A stretch of 52,322 nucleotides of DNA from a virus. Taxonomy: Duplodnaviria > Caudoviricetes. The notes beneath the pieces are model-generated. The model ran no database searches. It was not told the DNA's origin and was given only the letters and a program-made list of their open reading frames with translations. A program made the translations under genes and the position numbers. Of the stretch, positions 40,596-48,533 are shown piece after piece. The stretch spans positions 1-52,322 of the IMG/VR virus record IMGVR_UViG_3300011113_000545, one strand, 5' to 3'. Each line of letters starts with the position of its first letter. Position 1 is the first letter of the stretch.

Positions 40596-40742
40596 CTAAT
40601 ATTCGGAAAGACGAGTTCGACTCTCGTATCGTGTACCAGTTTTATTGGGGGAGTGGCGAGTATGGTGAATGCCCAATTTGGCAGAGACCCAATGCGCCTA
40701 TTCTTAAATGACCATGTGAGGCGCCCCTTATCATTTTTTTTT

Positions 40743-40831
40743 GGATCCTGTTCCCAGCGGCGGACTGTAAATTCGTTGCCTTAATATGCTGGGTGGTTGG
40801 CGGTTAGGTTCGATTCCTTCAGGGTCCACCA
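40743..40831 (+). tRNA. atypical tRNA-Tyr(GTA)
   Basis: GGATCCT/AGGGTCC-ACCA, GCGGA-CTGTAAA-TTCGT, T loop; no normal D arm. Confidence 0.65.
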
Positions 40832-40836
40832 AATTT

Positions 40837-40915
40837 GGCTCGTTAGCATAGTCTGGCCTATTGCGCCGCCCTGTCACGGCGGAGGACACCGGTTCGAATC
40901 CGGTACGGGTCGCCA
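40837..40915 (+). tRNA. tRNA-Asp(GTC)
   Basis: CCGCC-CTGTCAC-GGCGG, GCCA. Confidence 0.93.
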
Positions 40916-40918
40916 AGT

Positions 40919-41321
40919 TTTGCAAGTGTAGATATTGTGAAAGCAAGGCGTCGAAAACCTTGTGAGTTGGGATTAATTATCCTAGTAGCAAACAAGTAAC
41001 AATTAGTACTACGTACCTCTAACCCTGCCGGCCTTGTATCAAGGGTAAAATGATAGCGAATGAAGGAGGCGCTATTACTTGCAAACCTAACGTTCCGTCG
41101 TCAACGGATAGTCTGACCCAGACGATGAGAAGTGCAGTGACAAGCACGGGTGGTTCTGAGATTTGGAATATAAGTCTCACAGTAGGAGTACTGCGGTCCA
41201 ACCTAACCGGCGTTAGCAACACGATAGCGGTCCCTGTCGGGAAGCGGGTGGAGGGTGTGTGAGATTTGCGGGGCAACCCAAGAGATGATGCACTATAATT
41301 ACCGCCGGGGGATGCAGAGCA
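40919..41321 (+). ncRNA. large GC-rich structured ncRNA candidate
   Basis: ~400 nt without a credible ORF; closing stem TTTGCAAGT/ACTTGCAAA and many hairpins. Confidence 0.55.
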
Positions 41322-41364
41322 TTTTAAAGGGTATAATATATTCTTTAAAATGTTTTGACACAAT

Positions 41365-41459
41365 GGTGAGTTGGATGAGTTGGCTTAAATCACTTTCCTG
41401 CTAAGAAAGAGACTTGGCAAAAACCAGGTCCGTGGGTTCGAATCCCACACTCACCACCA
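41365..41459 (+). tRNA. tRNA-Ser(GCT)
   Basis: CTTTC-CTGCTAA-GAAAG, long variable arm. Confidence 0.92.
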
Positions 41460-41466
41460 ATTAATT

Positions 41467-41931
41467 ATGATACGATTTTTATTTGCAACAATTTTATTTT
41501 TTCCTATTTCTTTGTATGCCTGTGTGGGATATGTCATCGGCTTTAAAGGCAGCGACGATATATTTGACCATCAAGCATTTAATCAATATGTGAATCAAAT
41601 TGATTATTGCAGTAAACTTTTTAGTTGGCATCGACCCAACGATGCCGTAAAATTTATTAACAGCATAGATGAAAAATATCAGTTATACGGTTTTAGCAAA
41701 GGTGCTGAAACAATTAGTAAATTGCTGAAAAATTCTTCTATTAGAAAACCTGAATACGTTTTAACTATCGGTGCATTTAGAACCACTGATGTTGATTTTA
41801 GAAAATACGACGTCAAATTTGATAATTATTTTGACGATTCGGGGCGAGGACAAAAAAGTCCCGGAGTATTTTTATCAGTCAGTCATTCTAAAATTCAAAA
41901 AGAAGTTAACACAGTAATTTTTAAAAAATAA
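41467..41931 (+). CDS. secreted alpha/beta-hydrolase-like protein
   Basis: Signal-peptide-like N-terminus, GFSKG (GxSxG). Confidence 0.55.
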   Translation: MIRFLFATILFFPISLYACVGYVIGFKGSDDIFDHQAFNQYVNQIDYCSKLFSWHRPNDAVKFINSIDEKYQLYGFSKGAETISKLLKNSSIRKPEYVLTIGAFRTTDVDFRKYDVKFDNYFDDSGRGQKSPGVFLSVSHSKIQKEVNTVIFKK

Positions 41932-41963
41932 GTTTGCCTTTGGTAATTTTACTAAATATTTGT

Positions 41964-42590
41964 ATGATCAAATATTGCTACAAACTTAGTAAACTACCGC
42001 CGATACTTGATACTGGACTTCCATTAATAAATGATCACGGGGTAAAACCAGTAGATTATTCGAAAACGTTTTATCATAGACTCGACGAAACACCGACAGT
42101 GTTTAATCAACAATTGTTTGATTGGCTTGATTCGTTAAATTTATGTTATATAACTGCAGGCTACATGTATGTTCCAAAAAATGGTAGTGTTTTGCCGCAT
42201 GTTGATAGTCGATTATTTTTTAATCAACAAAAATTTGTAGATTTTTGTAAAATCAATTGGCGCATAGGCGGCCCAGGTTCTGTGGCAAAATGGTATGATA
42301 GTTTGCCTGGATTTGAATTAACTTCTCAAGATATGTTACCAGAATCTATTACAACCGATAACCAAACTCATACTAATTTTTGTTTACCGGTAGATATTGA
42401 TAAATTTGAGGTATCGTTTTCTATGGAACATCCAGAAATATGTTTGTTTAATCCTGGCAGATTGCACAGTTTTGACGCTGGTCCATACGCACAACATATA
42501 ATATCTGTGGCAGTGGGCATAAAAAATACAAGTTCAGTATTAAAATGGAATCAAGGAATAAAAACTTTTAAAAACTATATTGTCCATTGA
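41964..42590 (+). CDS. hypothetical protein, possible cupin/2OG oxygenase
   Basis: PHVD...KINW...LH motif; ATG at 41964 after TAAATA. Confidence 0.55.
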   Translation: MIKYCYKLSKLPPILDTGLPLINDHGVKPVDYSKTFYHRLDETPTVFNQQLFDWLDSLNLCYITAGYMYVPKNGSVLPHVDSRLFFNQQKFVDFCKINWRIGGPGSVAKWYDSLPGFELTSQDMLPESITTDNQTHTNFCLPVDIDKFEVSFSMEHPEICLFNPGRLHSFDAGPYAQHIISVAVGIKNTSSVLKWNQGIKTFKNYIVH

Positions 42591-42642
42591 TAGTATATCA
42601 ATATATCAAATTATTTAAATTAATCAGTATAAGTAAATTTAC

Positions 42643-42718
42643 GCTCCTGAAGCATTGCTGGCGATGCGCCGGATTTGTAACCCGGAGATAATCTGTTCGA
42701 TTCAGATCGGGAGCACCA
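42643..42718 (+). tRNA. tRNA-Thr(TGT)
   Basis: CCGGA-TTTGTAA-CCCGG, ACCA. Confidence 0.88.
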
Positions 42719-42725
42719 AATAATT

Positions 42726-42799
42726 GCGGGTATGATGTAAAGGTAACCTGAATCCTTGCCAAGGATTATTTCCGAGTTCGATTCTCGGTACCCGCTCCA
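42726..42799 (+). tRNA. tRNA-Gly(GCC)
   Basis: AATCC-TTGCCAA-GGATT, TCCA. Confidence 0.9.
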
Positions 42800-42806
42800 A
42801 ATTTTC

Positions 42807-42896
42807 GGAAGTGTGGCAGAGTCCGGCTTATTGCGTTAGTCTTGAAAACTAAAGGCTCGAAAGGGTCCGTGAGTTCGAATCTCACCGCTTCCACCA
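42807..42896 (+). tRNA. tRNA-Ser(TGA)
   Basis: TTAGT-CTTGAAA-ACTAA, long variable arm. Confidence 0.92.
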
Positions 42897-42901
42897 ATTA
42901 T

Positions 42902-42975
42902 GTATCCCTAATGTAATGGCAGCATCACAGTCTCCAAAACTGTTCGTCGGGGTTCGAGTCCCTGGGGGTACGCCA
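42902..42975 (+). tRNA. tRNA-Trp(CCA)
   Basis: ACAGT-CTCCAAA-ACTGT, GCCA. Confidence 0.9.
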
Positions 42976-42976
42976 A

Positions 42977-43159
42977 TTATTTTTTGTTAGTGTTTATTTT
43001 ATGTAAGATTCTGTTTCTGATGGCCGAATCATCGGCCATCATGCTTGCAATAAATCCTATTAAACAGCCTAGCTGATAAGCAGCTCGATGTCGATTATGT
43101 TTATCGGGCATCGATTTAATGAATGCAAATAGAAGGTCTAGATCTTTTTGATTTGCCAT
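42977..43159 (-). CDS. hypothetical protein
   Basis: 60-aa ORF, TAAATA just upstream on the minus strand. Confidence 0.55.
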   Translation of the reverse strand: MANQKDLDLLFAFIKSMPDKHNRHRAAYQLGCLIGFIASMMADDSAIRNRILHKINTNKK

Positions 43160-43331
43160 ATTATATTTACAGTCTTAGTCGATTAGGAAATACGACAACA
43201 AATTGATTTTATATCTGGTGGTATTCTGTCAGATTTCGATACTTAGAATCTTATGAATGCAATATATAATTCTATAAATATTTTTATAGTTAATAATAGA
43301 TAGCTAAGAAACAATAAATTAATTTTGTATA

Positions 43332-44936
43332 ATGATACACGGCATAATTCTCACAGACAATACTTTTAGTAACATGGACATTACTTGTCATAGAGGATCT
43401 GGTGCCCATAAAATTGCAACTCATCTAAGAAATCATGGCTATAACATAGAAGTTGTCGATTATTGTTTAAGCTGGTCACAGGAAGAATTAGAATTATTAC
43501 TGGCTAAACTGATTTCAAAAGATACATTGTTTTTAGGTATAGGCAGTAATTTATTTTTAGATAGATCCCACTTTGACAATAACATTCTTTGGTTTAAAAA
43601 CAAATATCCTAAGATAGCAGTTATTCTAGGGGGAAATCAAACTTTGTCACGTTCTACCCCAGGAGTTGATTATTATGTGGAAGGGTATGCAGAAAATGCT
43701 ATACTGCACCTATTAGAATATCTTCGGGGAAATATTAATAAAGATGCTATTCATTGGAGTGCTAATGCCGAAGGCAAAAATCTAATAGATGCTCTTGGTA
43801 ATTACGGCCAAGTTGACACCAGGGATTTAAGTATACAATACTTACCTTCGGATTTTTTACAACCTGAACAAACACTGGGTCTAGAAACAGCAAGAGGCTG
43901 TATCTTTAAATGCAAATTTTGCACATATCCATTGATCGGAAAAAGTAAATTAGACTATATTAGAGATTCTTCTACCATTGTTCGAGAACTACAACAAAAT
44001 TACGATCAATGGGGAATTACAAATTATCTAATCAACGAAGATACTTTTAATGACAGCATTGAAAAACTAGAGCTGCTTGAAAAAGCTATTACTAGTTTGC
44101 CTTTTAAAATTAATTTTACTGCGTATGCCAGATTGGATCTGATAGTAGCAAAACCTCATAGCATTGAATTACTCAGAAATATGGGTATGAAAGGTGTACA
44201 TTTCGGCATCGAAACTTTTAGTAAAGATGCTGGAAGGTTAGTGGGAAAAGGATTTTCGGGACAACGTCTTAAAGATGGATTATTATGGTGGAAAGAACAA
44301 ACACCAGACATTTCCACTGGATGCTCTTTGATAGTTGGGTTGCCAGGAGACACCAGCGATTATCATGCAGAAAATGAATGGTTTGCTAACAATGAAATTG
44401 ATTATTGGTTTTGGCAACCTTTATATATTACTAAGAATCAGCAATTCGTTTATTCGAGTGAGTTTAGTAAAGATTATAACAAGTATGGTCTTGAAATTAT
44501 GTCAGATTCTGAAGTGTCTGCTGAAGTTAGAAATCTTTGGAAATTAGAGTATAAATTTACAAAAAAATCTCATCCGTTTAGCTATAGATCGCTGCTCAAT
44601 GAGAACTTCAGAAGTAAAGTAAATTATTGGAAAGATATTAAATCTGGCCAAAATTATTTTACCGCACTAAAATTAAGTTGTGAACTTAATCAAAGTGTCA
44701 AAAATCAAAAGGTTAGTCCGTGGACTATGTTTGATTATGTAAGTTTAGGATACAAAATAGATGAAATAAGAACATGGGGTAAACATATCCCTGTTCCGCC
44801 TGTGCGTGAAATAAAAATTCAAGCAGATAACAGAATAAATGAATATAAACGCAAAAAACTTGCATATGATTACTTAGAATTTTATAGTCATAGGCAACAA
44901 TCAATTCGACGAACTATTCCTATAGTTCTACAGTAA
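43332..44936 (+). CDS. B12-binding-domain radical SAM protein
   Basis: ETARGCIFKCKFC, EDTFND, FGIET, LIVGLPG; N-terminal cobalamin-binding-like domain. Confidence 0.88.
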   Translation: MIHGIILTDNTFSNMDITCHRGSGAHKIATHLRNHGYNIEVVDYCLSWSQEELELLLAKLISKDTLFLGIGSNLFLDRSHFDNNILWFKNKYPKIAVILGGNQTLSRSTPGVDYYVEGYAENAILHLLEYLRGNINKDAIHWSANAEGKNLIDALGNYGQVDTRDLSIQYLPSDFLQPEQTLGLETARGCIFKCKFCTYPLIGKSKLDYIRDSSTIVRELQQNYDQWGITNYLINEDTFNDSIEKLELLEKAITSLPFKINFTAYARLDLIVAKPHSIELLRNMGMKGVHFGIETFSKDAGRLVGKGFSGQRLKDGLLWWKEQTPDISTGCSLIVGLPGDTSDYHAENEWFANNEIDYWFWQPLYITKNQQFVYSSEFSKDYNKYGLEIMSDSEVSAEVRNLWKLEYKFTKKSHPFSYRSLLNENFRSKVNYWKDIKSGQNYFTALKLSCELNQSVKNQKVSPWTMFDYVSLGYKIDEIRTWGKHIPVPPVREIKIQADNRINEYKRKKLAYDYLEFYSHRQQSIRRTIPIVLQ

Positions 44937-44948
44937 TTTAATAATTTC

Positions 44949-45043
44949 GCCCCTATAGTTTAATGGTAGAACTCCGGCCTTATACACCGGCATCGGCGCC
45001 AGATTAGCGCACAGTCCAGGTTCGAATCCTGGTGGGGGTACCA
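44949..45043 (+). tRNA. tRNA-Ile(TAT) with long variable arm
   Basis: CCGGC-CTTATAC-ACCGG, ~25-nt variable region, ACCA. Confidence 0.8.
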
Positions 45044-45068
45044 TATAACCTTTCAAATTGAAAGGACA

Positions 45069-45097
45069 TTGACAATAAATCCAATTTATTGTATAAT
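45069..45097 (+). promoter_or_regulatory. sigma70-type promoter
   Basis: TTGACA-17-TATAAT. Confidence 0.85.
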
Positions 45098-45120
45098 AAT
45101 GAAATAGTAAGGAGAACGAC

Positions 45121-45261
45121 ATGAAACGAAAGTGTCATAAACAGATCGTCGCACAACGTAACCCCTTCGTTGTTGCGGCTTTGAAACGTAAAGCGGGTAG
45201 CCACCGTAAGAGCAATAAAGCTCTGCGTCGGGCACAAAATCAAGTACCTTTGGGGGTATAG
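45121..45261 (+). CDS. small basic protein (46 aa), possibly ArfA-like
   Basis: SD AAGGAG; MKRKCHKQIVAQRNPFVVAALKRKAGSHRKSNKALRRAQNQVPLGV; stop TAG lies inside tRNA-Lys. Confidence 0.65.
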   Translation: MKRKCHKQIVAQRNPFVVAALKRKAGSHRKSNKALRRAQNQVPLGV

Positions 45262-45328
45262 CTCAACTGGCTAGAGCAACCGGCTTTTAACCGGTAGGTT
45301 CAGAGTTCAAGTCTCTGTGCCCCTACCA
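45252..45328 (+). tRNA. tRNA-Lys(TTT)
   Basis: ACCGG-CTTTTAA-CCGGT, ACCA. Confidence 0.92.
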
Positions 45329-45489
45329 TATAAAAACACATTCTGGCCAAGCGCATTGGCTTGTTGGTTACAGCCCTGGGCCTCGGGGTGGTGGGTTCGA
45401 TTCCCATAAGTGCCTGATCAGCACCGAGTGTGTTTCTATATGGTAAAGGAGTAATTAACCGTTACTGTAGTCGGAAGTCATGACTCCGA

Positions 45490-45623
45490 CGACCCGTAGT
45501 AGTGTAATGGCTAACACGCAGAGAGACATGGGTTCGAATCCCATACGTTCCTCCAGGGGCGTTAGCTTAGTGGTCTAGAGCGCGGCGAGATAAGGGTTTC
45601 GAAATCCCTTCCACAATGGGTCG
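45490..45623 (+). ncRNA. anticodon-less double tRNA-elbow RNA
   Basis: D-like arm, T arm, ACGTTCC-TCCA-GGGGCGT stem, D arm, T-like arm, closed by CGACCC/GGGTCG. Confidence 0.55.
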
Positions 45624-45773
45624 CTATATTGAAGCACATTCGTTGATCGGTGAGCCCATGGCAGATCCGCAAATGTCAAAGAGTTGTCACTCTCAGTTTC
45701 GGTCTTGGCCATACCGCGCCAGGTATCGGGTAAGACGGTTTAATTCCGTAGTGTGTTTCAATATAGTATTTTT

Positions 45774-45847
45774 ACCCGGTTAGCTCAAAAGTAGAGCATT
45801 CGACTGATAATCGAAAGACAGAGGAGCGTTACCTCTACTGGGTACCA
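45774..45847 (+). tRNA. tRNA-Ile(GAT) with non-canonical D and T loops
   Basis: TTCGA-CTGATAA-TCGAA; T loop AGCGTTA, D loop AAAAGTA. Confidence 0.8.
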
Positions 45848-45849
45848 AA

Positions 45850-47106
45850 TTAAATTTCAATATCTTTTAGTAATTTTGCTATAGTCGGAAATGTCTTAGT
45901 ATAATCGGTGCCACGACGTCGATCTAACTCAGTTAAGTATGTTTTTAGTTGACATTGTAAATTTGGATTAGATTGACTATGTGCTATCTCTTTGGCAATG
46001 CCTTCGAAATATTCTTTATATTTCATTTTGTCGGGATCTCCCATAGCATCAAATTTATCAATTGCTTGTTGATATCCCATGTTTAATAACATGGGGCCGA
46101 ATATAGTGGGATGAAAATATTTATGTCCTCCAGTTTTCATTAGAGACCAGTATACTGTTCTGACCCGACTCCAACTATTAATTTTTTCAACAAGATCTGG
46201 TAAACTCGGAATTGTTAGCGGCCCAAGGGCAGAGTTAATGTTTAGCACTATATCTGTGTTGTTTAGAACATATTCAAAATTCTTTTCAAAAAGATCCAGC
46301 TGTAGACCATAGCGAACATATTCTGCGGGTTTACCCCAACAATCGATGCTGCCTATTAGATTAATTTGATTTAATTGGGAATTGATTTTTAATTTTTGTA
46401 TCTGATCAATTTGATATTTAAATTTTTCATGATCTATTGTAAGATTACTAAAGAATACAAGATCTAGATTGGGTAGCTTTTTAGTTTCTATAAAATTTAA
46501 TAACCGTTGTGTTTCTTTTTGTATGAACGGCTCGCCCCCTAAAATTAGAAGTTTATTCAGATTCTGAATGTTTTTATCTAGCCACTTAAACATTTGATCG
46601 GTTGCATCAGAAAAATTTTCAGGTATTTGAAATTCTGAATTAATATGAACTCCATTTTTATTGAAGGTACCAAATTTAATATTTTCTTGATTAATTTGAC
46701 TGCTAAACTTGGGCGTACAATATGTGCATTTTAGATTACAAACATTGCTAAAATAAATTTCTAGTATTCTTGGGCTTATATTTACCGCTGTTAAATCTGT
46801 ATCTAGTTCAGGTGGTGCAGTAATTCCTGGAAAATCTAAATGTATCATACGGTCGCTGGTTCCGCCGGCAACTTCGATAGACTTACAATGTTCGCAGCCG
46901 CGCCCAGGCCATTTGCCTTCGAGCATTAATCGGCGATCCTGAAGTTTTTCGGGAGTATTATGAAAATTAAAAGTGTTTAAATCAAACTTGGTTTGATTAA
47001 CTCTATGACAACTTGCAGTAGACAAAGACGTAAGAAATACTGTGCTATGACTCCATTTTAATTGACATGCAGTCGCAGTTTTAATCGGAAATATTTTTTG
47101 ATTCAC
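45850..47106 (-). CDS. radical SAM protein, paralog of 32342-33586
   Basis: CNLKCTYC, GGEP, FPIKT..C.LKW; GTG at 47106 is the likely start because the longer call overlaps a tRNA. Confidence 0.85.
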   Translation of the reverse strand: MNQKIFPIKTATACQLKWSHSTVFLTSLSTASCHRVNQTKFDLNTFNFHNTPEKLQDRRLMLEGKWPGRGCEHCKSIEVAGGTSDRMIHLDFPGITAPPELDTDLTAVNISPRILEIYFSNVCNLKCTYCTPKFSSQINQENIKFGTFNKNGVHINSEFQIPENFSDATDQMFKWLDKNIQNLNKLLILGGEPFIQKETQRLLNFIETKKLPNLDLVFFSNLTIDHEKFKYQIDQIQKLKINSQLNQINLIGSIDCWGKPAEYVRYGLQLDLFEKNFEYVLNNTDIVLNINSALGPLTIPSLPDLVEKINSWSRVRTVYWSLMKTGGHKYFHPTIFGPMLLNMGYQQAIDKFDAMGDPDKMKYKEYFEGIAKEIAHSQSNPNLQCQLKTYLTELDRRRGTDYTKTFPTIAKLLKDIEI

Positions 47107-47153
47107 TGAATACTTAGCTAAGTTACTTAATGCAAGTTTAAAACATTTAACAT

Positions 47154-47229
47154 AGAAGCGTAGCATAGCGGCTAATGCGCCACCTTCATACGGTGTTTAT
47201 CGTGGGTTCGAGTCCCACCGCTTCTACCA
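47154..47229 (+). tRNA. tRNA-Met(CAT), elongator-like
   Basis: CCACC-TTCATAC-GGTGT, ACCA. Confidence 0.88.
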
Positions 47230-47238
47230 AATCATTGT

Positions 47239-47316
47239 TGGGGGTTAGCTTAGTTTGGCCTAAAGCAACGGTCTTTGAAATCGTGATCACTGGTTCGAAT
47301 CCAGTACCCTCTGCCA
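47239..47316 (+). tRNA. tRNA-Gln(TTG)
   Basis: ACGGT-CTTTGAA-ATCGT, GCCA. Confidence 0.9.
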
Positions 47317-47319
47317 AAT

Positions 47320-48129
47320 TTATATATTTACAAAATATTTTTCAACGTGATGCCAGTATAACTCTGCAAGTTTTTGATGAAATAAAGGTCCGGGGTGTGA
47401 TCCATCTCTGGCCAGATCACTGCTTCGGAAATTAATTTGAAAAGTGTCTATCAAAGGAAAAGAATCAAACAATGATTTAATGTCATTGGGTGTACTTTCC
47501 CAAGATGTACAACATATTTTTGTGTCATTTTGACGACATATAGAGTCAATCGTCATCAAACTACGTTCAGTCTGATGAATTGAAAAATATGAATCAGTAA
47601 ACAAAGTATTAACGTAAGTGCCAAGAGGCGCAGTGGAATCAGTCCAACGAGGTATCCAGTTCCGATATTTATTACTTTCAACTTTGTATTCTCTTCTACA
47701 TATTGGAGGTATCAAACTAAACACAAATTTTATTTTTGTGTTTAATATTGTTGATAAAAAATATAAATTTCTAGCCTGAGTATCTATTCCGGTCGCACAA
47801 AGACCTAAATTCCAGTACGGAATATTCTTGTTGGTTTTTTGTCTTATTTTTTCTAATAACAAATAAGACCAAGTCTCAGTTTGTCTAAGACCTATTCCTT
47901 CGGTAAGACTGCATCCCAGAAATACTATTGGAATTTCTGAGTGAATATCAAACTCATCGCATCTGAATCCGTGTCCATTAAATTTGTACTCAATGTCGTG
48001 TTGAGAATAAGGATTGGAAAATCTTGAAGATATTGCGTTATAGTTGCTAAGAGTGTCGGATCCTAGCCATTCAGTGGTTGTATTGGCTCTACTTTTTATA
48101 GATGGATCTACTAAGGTGTTAGATGTCAT
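47320..48129 (-). CDS. SGNH-hydrolase-like protein
   Basis: FLGCSLTEGIG, NLG, DGSHPG. Confidence 0.65.
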   Translation of the reverse strand: MTSNTLVDPSIKSRANTTTEWLGSDTLSNYNAISSRFSNPYSQHDIEYKFNGHGFRCDEFDIHSEIPIVFLGCSLTEGIGLRQTETWSYLLLEKIRQKTNKNIPYWNLGLCATGIDTQARNLYFLSTILNTKIKFVFSLIPPICRREYKVESNKYRNWIPRWTDSTAPLGTYVNTLFTDSYFSIHQTERSLMTIDSICRQNDTKICCTSWESTPNDIKSLFDSFPLIDTFQINFRSSDLARDGSHPGPLFHQKLAELYWHHVEKYFVNI

Positions 48130-48375
48130 ATCAACATATTTATATGCTTGGTTAGTAACGAAAAAATCAAGTATGGTTAATCTTTAGTTAAGGGTTCAAA
48201 TTATGTACCCCGTACCAGTTAGCGGGATAGACGGTGACTTTGAGTCCTGCCCAGCCTAGCACAAGGACTCACTTGTGCGACTACAGCAGAGTGGTTAGGA
48301 GCAGTATTTAGACTTGGTCATTCGAGACAATCCAGCGAGTCCTCTCAGGAGGATAGTTGGGCTCCCCATTTTTAT

Positions 48376-48450
48376 CGGTCCTTGGTGAAATGGATATCAT
48401 CTCTGTCTTCGAAACAGAAGTCGTGGGTTCAACTCCTGCAGGACCGGCCA
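48376..48450 (+). tRNA. tRNA-Arg(TCG)
   Basis: TCTGT-CTTCGAA-ACAGA, GCCA. Confidence 0.88.
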
Positions 48451-48451
48451 T

Positions 48452-48528
48452 GCCCTTGTAGACCAATTGGTAGAGTCGGCTCTCTCAAAAGGAGTGAAGT
48501 GTGGGTTCGAATCCCCCCAAGGGTACCA
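48452..48528 (+). tRNA. tRNA-Leu(CAA), short variable arm
   Basis: GCTCT-CTCAAAA-GGAGT, ACCA. Confidence 0.82.
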
Positions 48529-48533
48529 AATTT

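Larger units (their letters stand above)
39797..40638 (+). pseudogene. split tRNA (Glu-like): 5' half 39797-~39828, 3' half ~40603-40638
   Basis: GCACGAT pairs with ATCGTGT-ACCA; D arm in the 5' piece, T arm ACGAG-TTCGACT-CTCGT in the 3' piece. Confidence 0.75.

Noticed and set aside
39829-40602. Group I intron in the split tRNA
   Set aside because: The insert is almost fully occupied by the ORF and a nested tRNA; no room for, or sign of, a P3-P9 catalytic core.
40647-40732. tmRNA or tRNA-like element starting GGGGGAGTGGCGAG
   Set aside because: No T arm, CCA end or tag reading frame could be identified; too weak to call.
41019-41363. ORFs 41019-41363(-) and 41050-41262(+)
   Set aside because: Atypical composition and no credible RBS; the region is better explained as structured RNA.
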